From assembly GCA_963796685.1 (NCBI GenBank), contig CAWCMR010000011.1, forward strand, positions 32,001 through 96,000: a DNA stretch of 64,000 nt. Direction: 5' to 3'. This DNA is from an uncultured delta proteobacterium. GTDB taxonomy: Bacteria > Myxococcota_A > Polyangia > Fen-1088. The position numbers and the translations under genes were made by a program. The notes under the pieces were generated by a model. That model did not search any database and had not been told where the DNA came from. It saw only the letters and a program-made list of their open reading frames with translations. Shown in pieces: positions 57,416-64,000 of the stretch (position 1 is its first letter; every line of letters begins with the position of its first letter).

Positions 57416-58884
57416 GGATGATCTCCGTCGCGCGTGTCAGCACCCGGTCGAGGTGCATCGGCATGGTCACGCCCAGCAGCACCATGACCAGGGCGAGCAG
57501 CAGGGCCCCGAACAGGGGCGAGGGCGCCTCGCGCCCGCGATCCGCGGTCTTGTCCGCCTCGCCAAATACCATTTGACCCACATGGTGAATCAGTCCCGCG
57601 AAGATGACCACCACCATGGCCAGGAACACCGCCACCATCACGTAGCGACCGGTGCCAAGGCCCGCGCGCAAGATGATGAGCTCGCTGATGAAGATGGAGA
57701 AGGGCGGTGTCCCGGCCAACGAGAAGGCGCCCATGAGCAGGAGGGTCGCGGCCAAGGGCGCGATGTGAAGGAAACCTTTCATCAGGCGCATGTCGCGTGT
57801 GCGATAGCGGCCGATGGCGTCGCCCGCGATGAGAAACACGAGGGCCTTGGTGACGCCATGGTTGATCACGTGCAGCAGGGCCCCGTAGGTGCCAAGCTTG
57901 CCGCCGAATCCGAGCCCGAGCGCGATGATGCCGACGTGCTCGACGCTGTGGTAGCCGAGCAGGCGCTTGAGATCGTGTTGGACGATGATGAAGGGCGTGG
58001 CCACGACGACCGAGATCAAGCCGAACAGGAGCAGCAACCCCTGGCTGAAGTCGGCGCCGCACGCCCCGCGCGCCAGGGTGTGAAAACGGATGATTCCGAA
58101 CAGGGCGCACTTGATGAGCGCCCCGGAGAGCAAGGCCGAAACCGGGGTGGGCGCCTGGCTGTGGGCGTCGGGCAGCCACATATGGACCGGGGCCAGGCCG
58201 GCCTTGGTCCCGTAACCCACCACCACGAAGATGAAGGCGATGCGGATGAAGCCGGGGTCGAGCTTGGGCGCGATGGCGGCGATGCTGGAATAGTTCATGG
58301 CCCCGGCGAACACGCCGTGCTGCGCGTGCACGGCGGCGCCGTACACCAGCACGGTGCCGAACAGGCCGAAGGAAATGCCGATGGTGGTGACGATGATGTA
58401 TTTCCACGCCGCCTCGAGGCCGTGCTTGTCGCCGTGGAATCCGACCAAAAGCGCCGAGGTGATCGTCGTGCCTTCCATGGCGATCCACAGGATGCCAAGG
58501 TTGTCCGCCAGCACCGTGACCAGCATGGTCGCGATGAAGCCGTGGACGAGGGCATAGTAGTAGCGCAGCCGTTCGGCGCGCATTTGTCCGCGCGCGAAGC
58601 TCCTGGCGCATCCATCCCACCGTGGCCACGGACACGGCCAGCGCCAGCAGGCCGATGAGCAGCAGGAACAGCACCGAGACCTCGTCGGCGCGAAAGGTGC
58701 CAAGCGCGCCGAATGGCCCGGTCGCGGAGACTTTGCGGGCGATGGCCACCACTAGGCCGAAGACCGCCAACGATCCCCCGACGTCGAGCGCCGCCAGCAA
58801 GCGGCGGTCGCGCAAGAGCAACATGGCCACGCCGATGAGCAGCGGAACCAAGGGCGTGAGCCACAAGAGATTCGAGGTCATCAT
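57408..58884 (-). CDS. hyfF: Hydrogenase-4 antiporter-like subunit F, frameshifted at ~58599
   Basis: LEAAWKY, GYGTKAGLAP.H.WLPDAHS.AP; one extra T in GAGCTTCGC. Confidence 0.85.
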
Positions 58885-58915
58885 TCCCTACCAATCATTC
58901 CTTACCAATCATCGC

Positions 58916-59572
58916 TTACCCCTTGAGGCTCTCCAGATCGGCGATGTCGGTGTCGACGCTGGAACGCACGCGCAAGACCAGGATGCCCATGACCAGCGCG
59001 CCCAGCACCACGTCGAGGATCACGCCGATCTCGATGATGAGCGGCATGCCCTGGCTGATGGCCATGGCGGTGAAGAAGATGCCGTTCTCCGAGGCGAAGA
59101 GGCCCACCATCTGAACCAGGGCCTTGCGTCGAGAGGCCATCACCAGCACGCCGAGCAAGATCAGGGCGATGCCCACCGGCAGGGCGTTGCCCGTGATCGC
59201 CTGCCTGACGGACCCCAACGAGGCGCTGAGGTGAAAGGCCAGGACGACGATGCCGGCGGCGAACAGCAGCGTGACGTTGATGGGAATCACCGGTTCGATG
59301 TCGCGCGCGATCTTGATTCGCTTCACCACCCGAATGAGCAGCCAAGGCAGGAGGATGGCTTTCACGACGATGGTGATCCCGGCGATGACCCACAAATCGA
59401 TATTGCCGGTGGCGGCGCCGAGAATGGCGCCGGCAACGCCCAGCAAGACCGCCTGGGCCGCCACGGCGTAGATGGCGCGGTAGAGCTGGCCGGAGGCGAG
59501 GATGAGCAACATGGTGAACAGGAGCAGCGCTCCCAGCACGTTGATGAGGCGGACCGCCAACAGCACGCTCAT
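58916..59572 (-). CDS. hyfE: Hydrogenase-4 membrane subunit E
   Basis: K...LP, ENG, GMPLIIEIG..LD, L..LKG; operon position. Confidence 0.85.
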   Translation of the reverse strand: MSVLLAVRLINVLGALLLFTMLLILASGQLYRAIYAVAAQAVLLGVAGAILGAATGNIDLWVIAGITIVVKAILLPWLLIRVVKRIKIARDIEPVIPINVTLLFAAGIVVLAFHLSASLGSVRQAITGNALPVGIALILLGVLVMASRRKALVQMVGLFASENGIFFTAMAISQGMPLIIEIGVILDVVLGALVMGILVLRVRSSVDTDIADLESLKG

Positions 59573-60519
59573 AGGATCCTCAGCGCCAGCGCCAAGAAGG
59601 CGCACACCAGGCCGAGCCCCAGAAATTGCGGCACGCGGAAGAAGCGCAGCTTGGCGTAGGACGACTCGACCACGGCCAGAAACGTCGCCAGGGCCAGCAC
59701 CTTGGCCGCGAAGGCCGCCAGCGCGAACCCGATGTCCGACGGGGCGAGGCCCGGGGCCAGGCCAAGCGGAAAGAACAGTGCCGCCACCAGGGTCAAGATG
59801 ACGAGCTGCTTGGTGTGGGTGGCCAGCACGATGCAGGCCAGTCCGGGGCCGGAGTGTTCGAGCAGCATGCCCTCGTGAAGCATGGTCAGCTCCAGGTGCG
59901 TGTCCGGGTTGTCGACGGGGATGCGCCCGGTCTCGGCCAGGGCCAGCACCAGCATGGCGAACAACGCGAGCAAGTCCGGCGCCTGCCAGGACAGCGCGGG
60001 AAGCGTCCCGCGCCGGGCCGCGAGCTCGCCGAGATCGGTGGTTCCGCCCGCCACCGCGACCGAGAAGACCGCCATCATCAACGCCGGCTCGACGAGCAAC
60101 CCCACGGTCATCTCGCGCGACGCCCCCATGCCGCCGAACGCGCCGCCGGCGTCGAGGGCCCCGATGGCGCACAGAAAGCGCGCCAAGCCGAGCAGGGCCA
60201 AGAGCAGGATGGCATCGCCCAGGGGCAACAGGGACGGCCCGGCCCCTGCCCACAGCACGGGCAGCATGGCCGTCGTCGTCAGCGTGGCAGCCAGCACCAG
60301 CACCGGGATGGCCCGAAAAAACGGACTGGCGGTGTCGCTTTGGACGGTTCCCTTGCGCAGCAGCTTGAGCAGATCGCGGTAGGGCTGCCACATGCTCGCC
60401 CCTTGCCGGCATTGCAGGCGCGCCTTGAGCTTCTGAATGAACCCGGTGACGAGCGGCCCCAGTAACACGAGCAGCCCTGCCTGGGCGAGTGTCTGGGCGA
60501 TGTGCGTGCCGGTCTCCAT
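59569..60519 (-). CDS. hyfC: Hydrogenase-4 subunit C (NuoH-like)
   Basis: QPYRDL.KL, FGGMGASRE, ETGRIPVDNP.THLELTM.HE. Confidence 0.88.
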   Translation of the reverse strand: METGTHIAQTLAQAGLLVLLGPLVTGFIQKLKARLQCRQGASMWQPYRDLLKLLRKGTVQSDTASPFFRAIPVLVLAATLTTTAMLPVLWAGAGPSLLPLGDAILLLALLGLARFLCAIGALDAGGAFGGMGASREMTVGLLVEPALMMAVFSVAVAGGTTDLGELAARRGTLPALSWQAPDLLALFAMLVLALAETGRIPVDNPDTHLELTMLHEGMLLEHSGPGLACIVLATHTKQLVILTLVAALFFPLGLAPGLAPSDIGFALAAFAAKVLALATFLAVVESSYAKLRFFRVPQFLGLGLVCAFLALALRIL

Positions 60520-60522
60520 GGT

Positions 60523-62643
60523 CTACGCCTTCGCGAACAAGAGCAGCGCCACCACCAAGGTGACCAGCACGAACGCGATGTAGCCGTGGATGCGCCCGGT
60601 GCTGTAGACGCGGATACCGTGCGCGCCCGAGGTGATCCAGCGCTTGAGCCGCGCATAGAACACGGTTTCGGCCAAATCGACGACCTCGCCGGTGTAGCCC
60701 ATGCGCCGGATGTCGTAGACCGACGAGCCGGTTTCCTTGACGACCGCGCGGCGGGGCCGGTAGACGGCGGCGAAGATGAGGCGCAGCGGCTTGGCGAACG
60801 CGGTTGCGGTGTAGTCGAAGCGGCTGGTGGGCGTCATTCCGCAGGTCCACGTCGGCGCCAACCGGCGCGGGGCTTTGCGAGGCCAGCCGCGCAAGATCCA
60901 GGCGAGCACGGCGAACGCGCCAAGCAGCGCCGCGACCGCCGTGACCGAGATGGACGTCGATTCGAGGCCCGCGGGGGCGCCGCTGGCCGAGAGCACCAGG
61001 GGACCGCGCGCGGTGATCACGGCGCTGGCCCCGTAGCCGCCGAGCAGCTCGGCCGTGGGGCGATCGAGCAAGTGCATGGCGTAGCCGGGCGCCAACCCGA
61101 GCGCCACGCACAGGCCGGCAAGCAGCAGCATGCCGGCAATCATCGACGCCGGAGACTCCGTGGCATGCTCGGCGTGGGTGGTTCGCGGGCGGCCGAGAAA
61201 GGTCACGCCGAAGGCCTTGGCGAAACAAGCAGCGGCCAAGCCGCCGGTGAGCGCCAGCATGGAAGCGGCGACGCCCGCGAGCAGCCCCGACGCTCCACCC
61301 AGCTTCGCCCCGCCCAGGAGCAAGGCCTGGAAGGTCATCCACTCGCTCACGAAGCCGTTGAGCGGCGGCAGCGCCGAGATGGCGATGGCCCCGAGCAGGA
61401 ACAGCCACGCCGTCCACGGCATGCGCCGAGCGAGCCCGCCCAGCTCTTCCATGTTGCGCACGCCGGTCCCCTTGATCACGCTGCCTGCACCGAGAAACAG
61501 CAGGCCCTTGAAAGCCGCGTGGTTGAGCGTGTGCAGCAGCGACGCCGCCAGCGCCAGCGTCGCCAGCGGTTGGGCTGCTCGACCACCGCCAAGCAGCATC
61601 GCCACGCCCGCGCCGATCAGAATGATGCCCACGTTTTCCACACTGTGAAAGGCGAGCAGGCGCTTGAGGTCGTGCTGCTGCAGGGCCAGCAGAACGCCCA
61701 GCACGGCGGACACGCTGCCAAGCAGCAGCACGGTCCAGCCCCAGGATGCCGGCAGCGGCCCGCGCTCGGGCGCCAGCAGGTCGAAGGCGAAACGGAAGAG
61801 GCCATAGATGGCCACCTTCAACATGACCCCGGACATGAGCGCCGAGGCGTGGCTGGGCGCGGCCGGGTGTGCCTTGGGCAACCACACGTGCAGCGGTACG
61901 ACGCCTGCCTTGGCTCCGAAGCCGAACAGGGCCAGCATGAACAGGGTCGTGCGCGCTCCCTCGTGCAGGCCGTGCCCCGCCGCCCGCAGCGCGGCGAAGT
62001 CGAAACCCTGCGCGCGCTCCGCCAGGCTGAGGAACACCACCAGCAGCGCCGCGGTCCCGGCGTGCGCCATGACCAGGTAGAGCAACCCGGCCCGGGCGTT
62101 CTCTTCACTGCGCGTGTCGCAGACCACCAGCACGTAGCTTGCCAGGGTCATTCCCTCCCAGGCGAGGAGGAAGGTCATTGCGTCGCCCGCGCAGCACACG
62201 AGCGCCATGCAAACCACGAAGCCACCCAGCGCGACCGTTTGCACGAGGGGTGCCTTGGCGTGCGTGCTCAGATACGACGGCCCGTAGATGGCGGCGGCGC
62301 CTGTCACCAGCGCAACGACCAGAAGAAAGAACGCCGACAGACCATCCACCGAGAGGGACATCTCTGCGAAGGGAAAGAGCCGCGGCAGCCCAATCTGAAT
62401 CGGCAGCCCGTCCTTCGCCGCCAGCACTTGCAGCGCCACGGTCGCCGCCGCCGCCGCCCCGGTCAGAATCGACAGATGTCCCAGCCAAACCAACACGCGA
62501 ACCAGAGGCCGATGACCCTCCATGACGGTGGCGTCATCGTACTCCCATGCCGGCGCGTGTAAAGCGCGGGTTGGCGCATGTAACCTTTCGGCCCCGGAGA
62601 GGATCCAAACGGCAGGGAGCAAGCTATGAGAAAGATGGCGCAT
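60523..62643 (-). CDS. hyfB: Hydrogenase-4 subunit B (antiporter-like); start uncertain (62523-62643)
   Basis: KAG.VPLHVWLP.AHP.APSH.SALMSG, KRLLAFHSVEN, LPPLNGFVSEW, W.CG. Confidence 0.88.
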   Translation of the reverse strand: MRHLSHSLLPAVWILSGAERLHAPTRALHAPAWEYDDATVMEGHRPLVRVLVWLGHLSILTGAAAAATVALQVLAAKDGLPIQIGLPRLFPFAEMSLSVDGLSAFFLLVVALVTGAAAIYGPSYLSTHAKAPLVQTVALGGFVVCMALVCCAGDAMTFLLAWEGMTLASYVLVVCDTRSEENARAGLLYLVMAHAGTAALLVVFLSLAERAQGFDFAALRAAGHGLHEGARTTLFMLALFGFGAKAGVVPLHVWLPKAHPAAPSHASALMSGVMLKVAIYGLFRFAFDLLAPERGPLPASWGWTVLLLGSVSAVLGVLLALQQHDLKRLLAFHSVENVGIILIGAGVAMLLGGGRAAQPLATLALAASLLHTLNHAAFKGLLFLGAGSVIKGTGVRNMEELGGLARRMPWTAWLFLLGAIAISALPPLNGFVSEWMTFQALLLGGAKLGGASGLLAGVAASMLALTGGLAAACFAKAFGVTFLGRPRTTHAEHATESPASMIAGMLLLAGLCVALGLAPGYAMHLLDRPTAELLGGYGASAVITARGPLVLSASGAPAGLESTSISVTAVAALLGAFAVLAWILRGWPRKAPRRLAPTWTCGMTPTSRFDYTATAFAKPLRLIFAAVYRPRRAVVKETGSSVYDIRRMGYTGEVVDLAETVFYARLKRWITSGAHGIRVYSTGRIHGYIAFVLVTLVVALLLFAKA

Positions 62644-63552
62644 CGCAATTGGGGGCGCGGCTTGGCGTGGATCGTCGCAAGCGCTTGGTTGGCTGCGTGT
62701 AGTAGCAGCGGCGGAGGCGGAGGCAGCGGAGGGGGATCCGGCGCGGGCGCGGGCGGGATGCCGGCCACGGGTGGCAGTCCGGCCGGCGAGGGTGGAAAGC
62801 TGGGCTCGGGTGGCAACACGGGAACCGGCGGGTCGCCTGGCACGGGAGGCACGATGACCGGGGCAGGCGGGTCGATGGCGATGGGTGTCGGCGGAACCAT
62901 GATGAACATGGGCGGTGCGACCATGGGTTCAGGCGGCACGATGATGAGCACTGGCGGCGTTCATGGCACTGGCGGCATGATGAACGCTGGCGGCGCGACC
63001 ATGGGTTCAGGCGGCATGATGATGAGCACGGGCGGCGTTCACGGCGCCGGCGGCATGACGAACGCTGGCGGTGCGACCATGGGTTCAGGCGGCATGATGA
63101 TGGGCACGGGTGGCGTTCACGGCTCTGGCGGCATGATGATGGGCATGGGCGGCGTTCACGGCTCAGGCGGCATGATGATGGGCATGGGCGGCATGACCGG
63201 CTCAGGGGGGGCTATTGGCCCGGATGCGGGCATGTCCTGCCACATGCCGGGCACGCTGATGGTCAGTGCGAGCGGCATGACCGCGTACGTGATCGACGGC
63301 GTCGACAACCCCGATCTCACGTTTTGCCGAGGAAGCACCTACGTCTTTGCCGTCAATGCCACGGGCCATCCTTTCTACATCAAGACCGTGCAAAGCACGG
63401 GCACCGGCAATGCGTACACATCCGGCGTTACCGGCAACGGCGTTACGAGTGGAAATCTCACCTTCGTGGTGCCGAGCAGCGCACCGGACACGCTCTTCTA
63501 CGATTGTGCCATTCACGCCGCCATGACCGGCACGATCCACATCGTCGACTGA
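62626..63552 (+). CDS. Lipoprotein with Met/His/Gly-rich repeats and a C-terminal cupredoxin-like domain
   Basis: LAAC lipobox; GSGGMMM..GGVH repeats; HPF and YDCAIHAAM.G type-1 Cu ligand pattern. Confidence 0.8.
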   Translation: MRKMAHRNWGRGLAWIVASAWLAACSSSGGGGGSGGGSGAGAGGMPATGGSPAGEGGKLGSGGNTGTGGSPGTGGTMTGAGGSMAMGVGGTMMNMGGATMGSGGTMMSTGGVHGTGGMMNAGGATMGSGGMMMSTGGVHGAGGMTNAGGATMGSGGMMMGTGGVHGSGGMMMGMGGVHGSGGMMMGMGGMTGSGGAIGPDAGMSCHMPGTLMVSASGMTAYVIDGVDNPDLTFCRGSTYVFAVNATGHPFYIKTVQSTGTGNAYTSGVTGNGVTSGNLTFVVPSSAPDTLFYDCAIHAAMTGTIHIVD

Positions 63553-63711
63553 TTGCAATTCTTCAGTGCGGCCGTCGCTTGCCGATGCTCGACGGCCATG
63601 TGCGTTGGCGCGGCGCGAAGGGTGGACTTTTTCTGAGCCAAGCCCGGGTGCAAGAGCCACCATAGGATCGATCTCGGCGGCGACTGGACCACGCTGCCGC
63701 AAGCCGAATCT

Positions 63712-64000
63712 ATGGAGTATTGGATGACCGCACGCAGAGCTCTCGCACAACCAGCGTCGTTCCTGAGTAGACCGAACAGATCGATGGCCGTGGGCCTGGG
63801 CATGGCCGTCTTGATGGGTGGCTGTACGTCATCGACCGGAACGGGCGCAAACCACGACGCGGCGTCGGGTGGCGGTCAAAGCCTCGGCGGGCAGCCGTCG
63901 GGTGGCTCGGGCAGCGGTGGCACATCGTCAGCCGGTGGCGCAGGTGCCTTCGGCGGCGCCACGGGTACAGGCGGCGCGTCGGGCAGCGGTGGCAGATCGG
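63712..64000 (+). CDS. Gly/Ser-rich lipoprotein, 5' part (runs off window end)
   Basis: Manual translation ...MAVGLGMAVLMGGCTSSTG followed by a Gly-rich linker; no stop before the end. Confidence 0.55.
   Translation, partial: MEYWMTARRALAQPASFLSRPNRSMAVGLGMAVLMGGCTSSTGTGANHDAASGGGQSLGGQPSGGSGSGGTSSAGGAGAFGGATGTGGASGSGGRS

Overview
High-GC bacterial DNA, probably Myxococcota (Polyangia-like); this is inferred from DUF4215/Cys-rich and Gly-rich lipoproteins and a Myxococcus-type LexA box. 1-15.8 kb is mostly core or envelope genes: pgpA, a 7-gene amino-sugar/GT2/GT-C glycosylation operon, mazG, phoH-GAF/HD-GYP-ybeY, ClC and a half-size MFS. 16-54.8 kb is an accessory region. It holds secreted Cys/Gly-rich lipoproteins, GH43 and CE8 enzymes, a 4 x ~435-bp tandem array of variant gene 3' ends, four toxin-antitoxin modules and gene fragments. 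It also holds IS91-like oriIS repeats around two cargo genes, a group II intron in a DUF222 gene with a LexA box, and a degenerate integron-type attC cassette cluster with defence-like genes. The most striking structure is a four-level nest at 42548-46128: a MITE with 22-bp TIRs contains a REP-like palindrome; an IS621-like IS110 element sits in the REP, with readable bridge-RNA guides matching the REP target and its own donor; a group IIC intron sits antisense in the bridge-RNA end. 55-62.6 kb is a group 4 [NiFe]-hydrogenase (hyf-like) operon, followed by a Met/His-rich cupredoxin lipoprotein. Several conserved genes carry single-base +1 frameshifts that are probably sequencing errors. All calls are made by eye; no database search was run.
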